From Chlorokybus atmophyticus (Eukaryota > Plantae > Mesostigma and Chlorokybus algae): a DNA stretch of 64,000 nt. This document shows, piece after piece, positions 1 through 12,960 of this stretch. Position numbers and translations under genes: made by a program. The notes below the pieces were generated by a model, which saw only the letters and a program-made list of their open reading frames with translations, was not told where the DNA came from and searched no databases. Location of the stretch: the NCBI GenBank assembly GCA_009103225.1, contig RHPI01002368.1:74841-138840 (forward strand). Direction: 5' to 3'. The first letter of the stretch is position 1. Every line of letters starts with the position of its first letter.

Positions 1-597
1 TGTGTCGAGAACACGAGCTTGCCTACAGGGCAAAAAGAAATGGAGGTCAAGATGTATATTTAAGAGCGGATGCACTGTCCCATCTGCCAGTCAGCGCTGG
101 CGGCGACTGTGCCAGTGACTATCCAGCAGCAAGCGCTCTGGCTCAATGCGTCACGTCACGACTTGGATGTTCATGCCTGTGTTCGACAACGAATTGTACG
201 GCACAACTTGTGCCATGCAATGCGGCATCACTAAGTCCACATTCCATTGAGATAATGGCCACACATGTTACAAGGATGACTCAATGGGCTTGCGGTCATG
301 TGCTTGACATTTGCCTGCTTGGTGGTTTTAGAGTTCACATCATTGCATGCATCTTTATGACTGCAGGAGTAGTAGGCTAACTGTAGGCGGGCATGAAAGT
401 GTGCTATGGATGTAATCTGCCTGCAATAAACTACAAGAGTCCGAGAATGTTACGCATTAGTATCTAGGTAATATCACAACAACGAGAGCGTGACCCTTCA
501 GCCCTAATCACCCCTGCTTATACACCCACGTGCGCGGTCCAGCACCAGACCAGACCGCTTCATCAAGTGCAGCATCCACTTCCACTGCAACAGGGCT

Positions 598-1472
598 CTA
601 AAAACAAGGAATGGTGGGGTCGTCGTAGCTGCACGCTCGCTGGAACTCGTATACGCAGGTTGCCAAGCAAGGGTCGTAGCCGTCGGTTCCAGGTGAACAC
701 GTGAAGCTGCTTATGATGCCATACTCGCATCGAATGAACTCTCTGCAGGGGGGAAGATCATTCATCACAATGTGCCAAGGCAAAGATGTGAGTGGGATGT
801 CCAGCTTACACACAGTGCCATGGTTGAGCTTGAGCTCGTGATCAGGCTGCATGTGTGATATCTGTGTATATGCTCTCACTCTGCTGTTTGGTTGCTTTGC
901 CATGTAGATAACAGAAGCAGCAAGGGNNNNNNNNNNNNNNNNNNNNNNNNNNNNNNNNNNNNNNNNNNNNNNNNNNNNNNNNNNNNNNNNNNNNNNNNNN
1001 NNNNNNNNNNNNNNNNNNNNNNNNNNNNNNNNNNNNNNNNNNNNNNNNNNNNNNNNNNNNNNNNNNNNNNNNNNNNNNNNNNNNNNNNNNNNNNNNNNNN
1101 NNNNNNNNNNNNNNNNNNNNNNNNNNNNNNNNNNNNNNNNNNNNNNNNNNNNNNNNNNNNNNNNNNNNNNNNNNNNNNNNNNNNNNNNNGGGGGGGGGGC
1201 GGCTATGACAATAGCATTGCACCGCGATTGACTTACTTGTCTGAAAATGGCAAGCATTTGGGAAAGAAGCCGTCTATTCCTTCACAGCTCGCAAGCGTTC
1301 TATTGGCGTAGGGACTCTCTGGATCAGACTGAAGCAGCCTCCTGCGGCCTTGCTGCTGCTGCACATTGATAACATTGTCGCTGGCGAAAGCGTTGGCGCC
1401 CACCATCATCATCATCACGACGACGACAAGCAGGGCAAACGCCATTGCATGGAAGGGTGTGCTGCGGGCCAT
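598..1472 (-). CDS. Secreted protein with chitin-binding CBM14 (peritrophin-A)-like module(s); interrupted by an assembly gap
   Basis: Signal peptide MARSTPFHAMAFALLVVVV and GRRRLLQ motif; GTAAGT donor near 1232; 3' exon reads C..LPPCREFIRCEYGIISSFTCSPGTDGYDPCLATC, matching the CBM14 cysteine spacing. The middle is an N gap. Confidence 0.6.
927..1189. other. Assembly gap next to a poly-G/Pro-codon tract
   Basis: Run of N flanked by G runs. Confidence 0.99.
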
Positions 1473-2661
1473 GACTGCTGTGCGGACTGTCCTGCACACA
1501 TGCACGCGGGGGGCACATCAACGTTTTCGTTTACCCTCACAGGGACAGAAGCTGGCAAGCACATAGGGCAGACTGGCACACAGGTGAGCGAAGCCATAGA
1601 AGTCACAGCGGCCGTTGACAAAGTGGCACATTATGATGCAGCAAGATGCACACGTGGGGACAGGCACCCAACAAACGCACAGTGTGTGTGTCCATTGCAC
1701 GCACACACGCACCTACGGCCGCGCACAGGTGCAGACGCCGATGCTGGGGTGGGTGGCCCCACAGGGTGGGGTGTGCGCACGAGGTACAATGTTGTTGCCG
1801 CCCACAACTACAGGACGCAGCGCACGAGGTCTCTCGCACACACTTTGCCTCTTCTATCCCCGCTATCACCTTAGGTTCCTTCAAGCTTCCCACACGCACT
1901 TCTTCCAGTAGTCGGGCGACAACAACATCCGCGAGGCAGGCAGGCCTGGGTCACGCCTTGCCTTGGCGTGACCGCGGCCGTGTTTCCAATGATAGAGGGC
2001 ACGCATGGGGTCCCCCATGATGGGAAGGAAGCGTGAAGCAAGCAAGCCCGTGACATTCCCCCCATGCCCCGTGTCGCCGCCCGCAGCTCTGGGGGTAAGG
2101 CAGGGTTGGGTACTACCCTACCCTACCCTAAGTCAGACTCAGGCAACTAGCTAAGCGTCTGACGTGACACAGCGCGTGCATCTGACTAGAGGAGAGGCTC
2201 CGTTCTTCTTGGCCTAGAGCTTCAAGGCGTACGGTAGCATCTTGGCGCGAATTGCAATTGCCTGCGCGTGTCGGGTGGGCGTGTGGGGTGGGGTNNNNNN
2301 NNNNNNNNNGAGGTATTGTTGCACAGCGCAGCAGCGCCGGAGTTTGACCGTGCTTTGACGCTGACTGTGCGTCATAGGTAAGGTTCGCACAGCGAGAGGG
2401 TAAGAGAGAGCGAGAGAGAAAGTGTCCTGACGGGTAGTCAACCTTGCGTGCAACAATTGCGGGTGGGGTGCCTGCGCTGCTCACCGCTCAGCAGGTTGGT
2501 TTATGCAACAACAATCGCATGCTTGCCTACCTAACGTGCACGGCGCAGTGCTAGTGCATGTGCGTCATTGTGTTAAATCCTTGCCNGTAAGAATGCCTCC
2601 TCCTTCCAACCATGTACTCTCCCCTGCCCTTACACTAACCTTTGAGCATGCGGCTGCAGCC

Positions 2662-5196
2662 ATGGCGGCATTCCTGAATGTGAATCGCTTTCAGCCAGCG
2701 CTGCTCCTGGTCACCATCCTGTTGGCTCTCCTGCTGCTGGTCGGGTCAGCTGCGGGCCACAACACCCCCCCGCCACCGCCCTTTACACGCTCCACCTCCA
2801 CGTACTACTGCCTCCGCAAGCCCACCGGGTTCTACTCCGACCCCAACAACATCAGGTTCACTACCTTGCATGCATGCGTGTGTTCTGAAGCAGTGGATAT
2901 GTTGTTACACCCCGCATGTTGATGATACTTATACTGTCGCTGACATGCTGGCAGGAGGTTTGTGATCTGCGTGGGAGGGTATGCGAACGGGGTGAAGTGC
3001 CCACACAAGTACTGCTGGAACACAACTCTGGCTGCGTGCGCATCTTGTCCACGTTGGAATTGAGGGGCCATGTATAGGGATTTCTGTGCCAGCTACAATT
3101 GCATACTAGCTATGATTTGCAAGCGCACAAACCTGCAACACTTGAGTCACAGACAGACGTCTTGCATTTGTTTCGGCTGTTATAATTGGTTGGCTTGGGT
3201 GCGGGTATCTGATGCATGCTTTAACCGTAATCCTGTCCTTGAGAGAGATTTGGAATCGGTGATGTTGCTCCTAAACTTCCCTCGCCTTTCCGCAAACATG
3301 AGCTGCAAGCGAATACATGTGAATGTGTGACCATTTGCTTGTAAATGGTGTACAGCAAAGGGAGCCTTGTGCAGCCAGATTTTGCAACACTCCACTAACT
3401 GATATAAACCAAGGCTGCGACACTTGCCTCGCCAAGCAATAAGTCATCTCTTATACTTTGGAGATGTGCTGGAGTGAATCTTTCACACGCAACAAGCACT
3501 GCATTTGAGTGTTGTGCTCGCTGTCATGGTTGTCATTGTGTGTGACCTCAAGCCCCAGGAATAGTAGCATGAACTTATGCTACTACTACTAGCGCCCTCT
3601 TGCTCAATGCGGTTGCCTTCTTGCAAGTCACTGTCCCTACAATCGCATTGTTGTTGTTCTTGGCCTGCTCATCGCATCAGTCCCTCTTGTTGGGTCTGTG
3701 GACAGCCATACGCGTATGCATAGAGAACTGCACACGTAGCATATGCAATTACACGCTTGATGTTGAGCTTTCTATCAGATACAAAGCCAGCGGTGCAGAG
3801 CGCTGCGGTGTTGATTATTATCATTTGCTAGGCTTTCGATGTGATACGCTGCTAGTGAGTGCGTTCTGCAAAGATGGAAATGCAGTCAGCAGCCCTGGTG
3901 TTTGCAGTGAGCCCCTTACATGCATGCGCATGCATATGTCCATGCGGCTCTTACAAGTGTGGCTTCAACTTCTTGGGGGCCACACTGAAAGCGAGGAAGC
4001 CGTCTATTATATCGCCCCGGTACACGCATGCTCGCACACGCGCATGGGCATGCGCACGCACAGAAGCATACAGGCTAGGCTTCAAGTTGGTTGTGCACGC
4101 GTGCATGCATATCAGTTACTGTGGTTTCGATTAACGAAGCAACGGTTATTGCTGCTGCTGGTGTACTTATGCCTGCAGCGTGAACATGTTGCATGCAGAA
4201 GAAGCGGAAGTAGCCTATAGGCTACTTCTACTGTTAGCTGACAGTTGAGGGCTGTCAGTAGTCCTTACGTTCGACACCCCTCGACGGCGTAGCTGGTTGT
4301 GGCTGGCTTGCCGACTAGACGCTGAGGAGCACTGAAAGCAGAAAACAAAACCGCCAGCAAGGTCTGGATGGCACTCGCCACTTTCCTCTCACCTGCACGC
4401 GCACGCATACGACGACAGGTCAGTAGGTACCTGATGCTGCTGTCGCTGCTGCACCTGCGCATGCTACCGCCGCACATAGATGCATGCCTTTGCCCTGTAG
4501 CCAGGCCCTAGATGGGTAGTGTACATGCGAGGCTAGTTGATGTAAGTGTTGATCGAGGTTGGAGTGGGGGTCTGTGAGCTTGCTTTGGTCAATCAAGCGC
4601 ACTAGTATGTACGCTTTTGCGCACGCACCACAGTTGCATGTATACTAGACAGTCGCACGTACATGCGCTCCAAATAGTCGTTATTGATATGACCGTGCTA
4701 TAAGCGCTGACAGTCAGCTGCAAACAACCGTTTTTGTCTGAACCGTGCTATAAGCGCTACTCTCTCTGTTCCAATAAGCGTTCAATATGAGATTGGCATG
4801 CAAAGCATGCAGGGTGCATCCTAATGCTTGGCGACACGCATGCGTGGAAGGGCGACATGCACTCGCACATGTGGCGGACTTGCCCGCTGCTGCAGACGGA
4901 GTGAGGTGCACGGTGCACGGCTTTCGCATGTGAGGGCTGCCCGTGCTCTCCACCATCTTCACGTGCGTTGTGTGTCTGAACCTACATGCCGTTGTATCAG
5001 AGCGAGCACTACGGCAACAATCTTATGTACGTGCTTAAGCTCACGCCACCAGGGTGGGACGATGTCACGCTGAACTTCGCCGAGTTCTACTGGACTCAGG
5101 TATGGTTTGGTTGGACACAAGTATACACGCACACAGACATGTATGTGCACATATGCACGCACACGGACAGGCATGCGGGCATGCACACGCACACGT

Positions 5197-5248
<52 letters not shown>

Positions 5249-6233
5249 ACTGTGGCATCAGGACTGACACCCTCTTGTTGTTTGTTTTAGTCCCCCTCCT
5301 TCACTCCATTGGCTGTGTCCCCTCCTCCTCGCCCACCTCCACCACCCTCTCCACCCTCACTTCCATCACCTCCAGTAGCTGGTGCGTGTGTGTGTGTGTG
5401 GAGGTGTGCGTAGGCATATGCGCGCGCGCGCGTGCACATTTGTGCATATGCGCACAAGCGCGTCCGTGCGTCTGTGCACGCACATATGCAGCCGTGCCGT
5501 GCCGTGCATGTGCATGTATGCAAGCGCGTGGGTGCTGCATGCAGGTGTGTGTATCTAACCCTTCACACTCTGTATCACCGGGCAGTACCTCCATTTCCAT
5601 CGCTTACTGTTCCATTGCCAACTTTATCGACTCCTCCGGACTCACTCTGCTCAAGGACATCTACTTCACGGGCGGTTCTAGCGCGGGCACCAACAAGCGC
5701 GTCCGACAACCGCATGCCGATCTAACAGAGGGAGAGATACGGGAACTTTTATTACAAGGTGCCGGTGACGAATGGGAGTTACTTTGTGAGCTTGAATTGG
5801 ACGGACTCCGTCCACTTCGGAAGTGGGGCAGAGGACTATGCATGTGGCCATCAATGGAGCGAGTGTAAGTGGCAGTGTGCGTGCGGGTGTGCGGGTGTGT
5901 GCGCACGCGCTTGTGCATGCGCGTGCGCCCACACACTCGCACACGCACACACATAAGCACACATTCGCATACGTGGTCGTATGCATGCGGGTGCATGTGT
6001 GTAGTTGTGTTCGTGGTTGCGGGTGTATTTACAATTGTTCTAGATGACCCACACCTGCCTTTCTTTCTCAGGTAGAGAACACCTTTGACATCGTCGCTGC
6101 CGCCGGCGGCGCCCTCAAGGCTTACGTGCGTCAGTACACTGTGTGGGTCACCAATGAATTCATTCAGGTCCAGGTGACGAGCGTGAAGGACAACGCCAAG
6201 CTGAGCGCAATACAGGTCCAGCCTGCCAGATAG
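2662..6233 (+). pseudogene. Secreted CBM14 + two malectin domain protein, probably pseudogenised
   Basis: Signal peptide MAAFLNVNRFQPALLLVTILLALLLLVGSAAG; spliced CLRKPTGFYSDPNNIR/RFVICVGGYANGVKCPHKYCWNTTLAAC (CBM14-like). Malectin 1: MPLYQSEHYGNNLMYVLKLTPPGWDDVTLNFAEFY. Malectin 2: FIDSSGLTLLKDIYFTGG...ERYGNFYYKVPVTNGSYFVSL...FDIVAAAGGALKAYV...DNAKLSAIQV. Malectin 2 has an in-frame TAA (5723-5725) and two apparent frameshifts. Confidence 0.8.
5198..5244. repeat. (CA)n microsatellite in an intron
   Basis: Directly visible. Confidence 0.98.
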
Positions 6234-6379
6234 CAATTTTTAACTTGTATGTGCCATGCTGTAGAGAGATCATTCACTTGTTGGGTTGTTTACATTTGTG
6301 GTCCCGCCTCGACTCCGATTTGTAGTGTACGCAAGCTCGCGCAGTTCTGTTCTGTCAAATTAGGTGCAGTGCTGTACAC

Positions 6380-6384
<5 letters not shown>

Positions 6385-6436
<52 letters not shown>

Positions 6437-6437
6437 N

Positions 6438-6509
<72 letters not shown>
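6385..6509. repeat. (GA)n microsatellite
   Basis: Directly visible, with one N inside. Confidence 0.98.
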
Positions 6510-6510
<1 letters not shown>

Positions 6511-8504
6511 ATTATCATTCATTCGTTTAGCTTGGGCATAGGCATTTATTTACATTGCTACAAAGGACATTCATGTAGAGTTAGAGAGAGACGAATTGTA
6601 TGTAGCCATTGTACAGGCAAGCGTAGCACACATTGCCGTGATTGGACCAGTTTGTGCAACATGCAATTCTGTCTTGTGCGTGTTCACCTCAAACTTCATG
6701 GATACTTAGCATGCAGCTAGCAGCTGCACGAGACACGGCCTTGCAAAGATCAAAAACTACTCACAGTAAGAGGTCATAAATGCACATCCGCAAGGTCGTG
6801 TAGCCACATACCACTGCAACTTTAACTACAGGCAACTCAAGCCCACACGTGCGGATGACACATGCACACCCGCACACGCCCGCACACGTATCCGCGCCAT
6901 CATACGTACATAAAGGCCACACAATGCTTGTTGACTGTTGCCATGTATGTAAGGTAACAAGTGTGTGCTTTTGGCAAGCTGCATTCCCAAGTGCCGCTTG
7001 TCATTCCAGCTCAGATGATGATGTTAGTGGCCACTCTGTCTACGAGTGTGAGTGCTGTCTCGCTTGCTGGCGGCGCTGGTTCAGTGTCAGTCAATGACAA
7101 GCGTCGTGAAGGACAAGAAGGAGGAGGAGGAGGAGGAGGAGGAGGGGCTGGCGCTGGAGGTATCCTGCTGCAGCCAAGCGTGCTATGTAAAAACCACACA
7201 ATATTACCTCAACAAAGAGTGCATGCATTGGTACAATCTGTGCATGTGTACATCTTGCGTGAGTTCTCCAAGCGCTCTGGCACTCCAATGCTCGGACATG
7301 CATACATGTGACTGGGCCCCATGTGGTGTGGCAATGCCTCGTTTAGCGGACAACTCGGTCTATGCAAGGCTCACCCGCGTGCGTGTGCGCGTGCTCGCGC
7401 GCATGATGACTATGTTACTCTGTTTGAGCTACAAGCGGTGAAATAGCTCTCCATTACCAGCAAGGGCTGTTGCTCTGTACAGTTGTCGGCAGCTACACAT
7501 TGAGGGCACATGGGTGCCGCTACCAAAGATGATTGCCTGCGAGCAAGCCAAAACCAACATGAAGAACGTTCTCATGTTGGTTCCTCCTCAGCATAGAGCA
7601 GGAGAGTGAAAGCTCCGTTTGGAGAAGACTGTGTGAGATGGTGTGGAGGAGCAATGTTATGGTTGAAGACGCGGCTTACCATGTCGGGTGGACCAGCAGC
7701 GAGGTGTTTGTTTCCTGGTGTCATCTGAAACCTGCAACACATGAAGTGCGTGCCTGCGCATGTTTGCCTCAACGCAGATGCACGCGTGTGCGCGTGGGCA
7801 TGCGTCTCTGTTTGTTTGTGCGGGCATGCGGACGCCTTGACTGCCCACACGCGTGAACACCACCAACCCAGGCGAGGCTAATGTTGGTAGTGACGAGGAG
7901 GAGGTGCCTTCCCAGTTGCAATCACTCGAAGGGGCAATTGAGAGATGTCGCCACGTTGTCTCATCTCTAAGCTGCTATGCTGTGGTGTATGGTGCGTGTT
8001 ACGAGGCGTGTGCGCGCTCGAAAGCACATATGCAAAGGAAGCACGGAAGAAGAGGAGGAGGAGGAGGAGGAGGAAGCGGCGGTGTGGACGAGAATTGGAG
8101 ACAGACCATTGCATCCGACATGTCGCTCATCCACATCCACACGCACACACGCAAATACGGACGCACGTGCGCACCCATGCGTGCGCACGTCTTTGTCGTG
8201 TCGATGTCTCTCTCTCACCTCGACAACAGCTGCTGGCTTATGGTACAGTGATGCCTGACAAACGCAGGACGCTGAGAACGCTCTCTGAGTCACAGCATCA
8301 GACAAACTGAAGAGTCGTGTAAGTAAAAACGAGATGATTGCAATGCATGCTGCACGTGTAAATGATAGTTTAGACTACCGGCAGACCGGCAAGTCATGCG
8401 TGTGCGTGCACGCACCGTTTGGGGAGCACCTGTGTGCACGCACACAGGTGCTCCCCAAACGTGCAAACTTATGCATGCACACAAACATGTCATGCGAGTA
8501 AAGG

Positions 8505-8736
8505 ACTTGAGCTAGGTTGTTTCGGGATATAATTACATGCAGGGCAATAACAGACTGTGGGCTGGTTGTAGTCATTAGGTAGTTAGATATGCTTGTAGAA
8601 GCATACTCGGACAATAAGATCTGTTGGGTTTAATGATGGGAAGGTAGATGAGGACCTTATTGAGTGAGAGGAAGTTTCTTTGGTGAGTTACAGCAAGTGT
8701 AATCGGATCAGCGTAACCCAGATCTGATGGGTGTAA
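8505..8736 (+). repeat. Left part of an approx. 750 bp repeat split by the large transposon; continues at 31135-31650
   Basis: 8505-8736 joined to 31138-31650 aligns along its length with the uninterrupted copy at about 31779-32520. Confidence 0.9.
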
Positions 8737-9420
8737 CATTGGTAATTCTGGACCCCCCGAATTTCTGAAAAATCAGCGCATTTGCCCTGAATACTCATCT
8801 GTTTTATGTGTGAACTCGCCACTTTGCGTGGCTGCAGAGGTCGCTGTTACGATTGCTGATTATTCAGGCCAAATGCCCTGAATACAAGCAATGAATATTC
8901 ACACGTTTTGGTCATGAATAATTGTAGTTGTCCATCTCGCACACAACCTCCTACATGTGAGTAGTTATTCACTCGCAACAGAACTGCATATTCAGTCTTC
9001 TTAGGTATACATGGTCCTAGACTTGTACCATGGTACCAAGTGATTATTCATACTTTGTGTGCGTAAATATTTACAGCGCCTGCCCTCACACTAGGTCCTC
9101 CTTATAGGTAATTATTCACACGCATATTGGCTTAATGTTCACACATACTAAAGCTGTTTCAACAGCACATGTACCATACTAGCGAGTGATTATTCATACG
9201 ATTTGTGATTGAATAATACAGCATATTTGCTCTCACACATAGTCCTATACATGAGTGGTTATTCACCCATCGTATGGTTGAACACTGCTGCCTTTGGTTG
9301 ATTTTTCACGCGAATTATAATTGAATAATACAGCACTTCTGCTCACACACACAGTCCTACATATAAGTGGTTATTCACTCACAGTTTGGTTGAATAATCA
9401 CTGAATCTTGCTATCGTCAA
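8737..9420. repeat. Left TIR and subterminal repeat field (RANTATTCA-like motif in both orientations)
   Basis: Repeated gaatattcac, gttattcac, gattattca and gaataat in an AT-richer tract. Confidence 0.85.
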
Positions 9421-9780
9421 CAGCTGTGACATAGCATAGCTGTGACATAGCACATAGCAATCAGTCCAGCCGGTGAATTTGGACAGCAATGTCAGCTGAA
9501 TGGCAGCTGACTCGAACAACAAATTCACTGATGTCTACAATGTATCTCTGCTACCTACTTCTTGCTGCCTCGACCACGCCCACCGCGCCCACCCCGCCCA
9601 CCCCGGCTGCCCTTCCCACGGCCCCTCCCGCGCTGTGTGGTTGTGCCTTCCTTTGCTGGCTCCCTCACCTTGATACTCTTCAGCAACCCAACAGGCCAAA
9701 GTAGCAACAAACCGGGCTCGCACTCTGCGCATACATCAACCACACATGAACTCAGCTGACTTGCACAATGTTGAAACTGT

Positions 9781-12700
9781 TCATGCAATCGCATGCACAC
9801 AAACGCGTTCACCTTTCAAGTGGGTCACTTGCACTCCAACCCCATCACGCTTGAAGCTGATTGGCAGAGGCACAACCTCTTCTTCCCCTGGTCCGGGACG
9901 TCTGGTCCTAGTGATGGGAAGACTGCGGCTGAACTGGACCACCATGTTGCCCTCTCCAATCTTCTTGCCATGAAACTTGTTGACAGGATTGATGTCGCTT
10001 ACGTGCGCCTCCCCTACTGGTTCTTTGCGCCCGTTAATGAACAGTTGGACTTCACTGCCAACCTTCATCGTCGGTGCGGTGTCGTCCTTGTCGCTCAGCT
10101 CTTCCTGCGCATGCAAGTGACAAACACATCAAGAGGTACACACATACACAGATGTGATCTCTCATACAGCGCTTGCGAAGCGACCTGCCTTCTGCGAGTC
10201 GTTGTCGCTGTTGTTGGGGCTGTCCCCCTCGCTGTCCGGGGCGCTGTCCTTGGCGCCATCTTCACCGCTGTTCTCGCTTCAATCTGTCTCAGGCATTTCT
10301 GAATACGTTAGCTCATCCTGCGCGACAAGGTGACACGACGTGTTAACAAGCTTACAACCGTCACGCAACGAATGCGTGCCTGCCGCAGGTGACAGTTTGT
10401 GTGCAGCCAGAAGAACGCAAGAAGCCCATAAGATCAAGTACATGGTGCTTTCATACCTCCTTTTGCTTGCCGCTCTTCTTCTCCAACACCGTCTCCTGCT
10501 TGCCAGTCGAGTGGCCTGCCTCCTGAGACTTGTAGGGAGCCGGTATCGAGCGAACAGTTTTGTTTGTTTTCTTTTTGGGGGGGCTTGACACCTCATCCTC
10601 CTGCCAACAGCATGAAGTCAGATGGTGAGCCACAACTCAGTGCATTGCCGCTCTATCAGGTCCAATGCTGCGTACCTCACCAGCGACAGTACTCGTAGCA
10701 AATCCGGCCTTTATCGGCCAGCTTGGTGACCTTGCGACGATCACGGGCATGATGCTTCCCACGCCAATGTAGGACCTTCAGTGCCTGCATAGTTTACATT
10801 GGTGCACTAGTACAACATGGGACGAAACAGACTTCGGCAGCAAGGTCTGACATTGATTGCAGATGCTTGATGCATAAGCTCACTTTTAAAGAGACCATTG
10901 CTGTGGTCTCAAGGTCACGCAAGTGAACGGTCGCCTCACTGGTGTCCCACTCATGCTGCAGCTGCTCATCAGAAGAACCACCAGCATTCTTCCCCCATAT
11001 CTCTTCGTCCAAATTCTCCCATCCTTCGCTGCAGTTGCTGGACCGCCCACCCGACGCGGTGCCTGACATGATGATGCCCTCCTGTAGATATATCAAGCTT
11101 GCTTTACAAGTTAGTTGCAACCGCAACCCTAATCTACCTCAAGTCTTGGTTGACTCAAGTGACTGCAGGTTGTAAGCCATGTGGACTTGCTTGTTGACTT
11201 GTCACAGCAAGCAAACCATGTACCTTGCAAAAGAAGTGTCTCTAAGCTGCTTGCACAAAGGCGTGCTTGTGAACTTGTCAAACAGGCACCCAGCAAACCA
11301 AACACCCAGTACCTTGTAGAGTAGAAGCTTCTTCAGCTTCTTTCCAGCTAAACACGAGAAAGGTAAGCCTAACAGCAAGCTAGCAGGCAAATGGCATGTG
11401 CATGCACAACATGTGCTTGTGAACTTGTCAAACAGGCACCCAGCAAGCCAAACACCCAGTACCTTGTAGAGTAGAAGCTGCTTCAGCTTCTTGCCAGCTG
11501 AACACGACAAAGGTAAGCCTAACAGCAAGCTAGCAGGCAAATGGCAGTCCAAAATGCTAGCGGCACAACACCATGCTGTATTTGCTAATTGCAACGAAGT
11601 GACAACGCAACCACTAGAAAAGCAGTGCGACAAGACAGCTGACAACGCTCGCTCACCTCGCCACAGCACCGCCGCCGCCAACACAACCAGCAAGTACGCC
11701 GGTGCTGTGGGACAATCAGTGCAATTCCCGGTGCGGAAACCCTTGCAATCAATGGAATGCAGTGATCGTTCGGAAAATTCACATCAGCAATTGTGCTGGT
11801 CGGACACCAGTCGCGTCTCCGCTTGCTCCGACTGCAATAGGCCGCACGAGCAATTGCCGTGGAAATTGCCTTTTGTCGAAACTTTGATTGCCAAATGAAC
11901 TCTATGTTTATTGGTCGATACAAACCAAGCGAAATTACATTCTCTATTTCCGATGAAATCGTCCATGTCCGAGGACGGTGTCTGTGTGGCTTACCCCAAA
12001 CTATAAGTAACCCTAACCCAAACATCCAATGCATGCTGGTAATTGTGCTGCAACAATGGACCCCCCTGTACCCATGCGCACCATGAATGAGGCTCTAACG
12101 CAGGCGCTCCTCGCAGTCGGGCGGCGATTAGTGGGACTAGGTCAGGTCTTGACACAACCGTGGAACGGCTATGTGGACTCTGGCGATGCTCGCTATCATC
12201 AGGTATCTTTCTCGCTATTCATGGTGTGAGTTGCGTGCGCTATGTCACTCTGCATGCTGCTGACTATGCATGCCACTATGCATGTGCCATACTGTTGCGC
12301 ATTGTTTGTACATGCGTATGCCTTGTGTGCGATTTGGGTTGAGTTTGCCTGTGTAGTGTGCATATGTTTGTCCTGCTATGATAGGAACGCCTATATATAT
12401 GCACAGCTCTGATTGCTACCATGCAACACCCTTGCGCGTTACATGCCGTGCATGTCATGCCATGCTACTGCCTGAATGCGTGTCCAGTTCATGTCCATAA
12501 CAATAGAGGCGCTGCCTATGCATTTGCATCAACTTCTGGCGCACGTTTATGAATGAATGCGATGCAACATGCGATTTAACCTGTAAACTTGTTTGGCAGG
12601 TCCAATTATGCAATTGAGAGCTTTCAACTCGTGGAATTGTTCATCAGGCACCCATTGCGATTGCAGCTACTATACAAACCGGTGTGTATGTGGCAGTCTC

Positions 12701-12960
12701 CGTGCATGAGAACACTCCCTCGCCTCCTGATGCGCCTCTTCCTGCTCGCACTATCATTGACTCGGGCACCTATGGCGCTGCTGGCCTGCGCGTTGTCATC
12801 GAGTGCGACAACAATATTGCTGCACGCTGGAGTGTGTTTACTGGCTCTGAAGTCCCTGCACCTGGTGCAACGCCCGGTACCAGTCTCACACCAACTTGTA
12901 ATGGAATTTTCCCCACTCGCGACCCTCCTAGTGAACCTAGTGACTCTAGTGACTCGTCGC
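9781..12960 (-). pseudogene. Degenerate TnpA-like accessory gene of the CACTA element (Transposase_23/DUF8039-like C-terminus); 5' extent uncertain, probably reaches about 15100
   Basis: Last exon KVGSEVQLFINGRKEPVGEAHVSDINPVNKFHGKKIGEGNMVVQF...VPLPI resembles the V.G.V...P...HG..LG motif of En/Spm TnpA C-terminal domains. Upstream exons are full of TAA/TAG/TGA. Confidence 0.5.
11262..11547. repeat. Tandem direct duplication of about 135 bp
   Basis: gtgcttgtgaacttgtcaaacaggcacccagc...gcaggcaaatggca occurs at about 11262 and about 11412. Confidence 0.92.

Noticed and set aside
5723-5725. In-frame TAA as evidence of a TAR=Gln genetic code
   Set aside because: It aligns to Tyr in the paralogous domain, and genes in the window end normally at TAG/TAA
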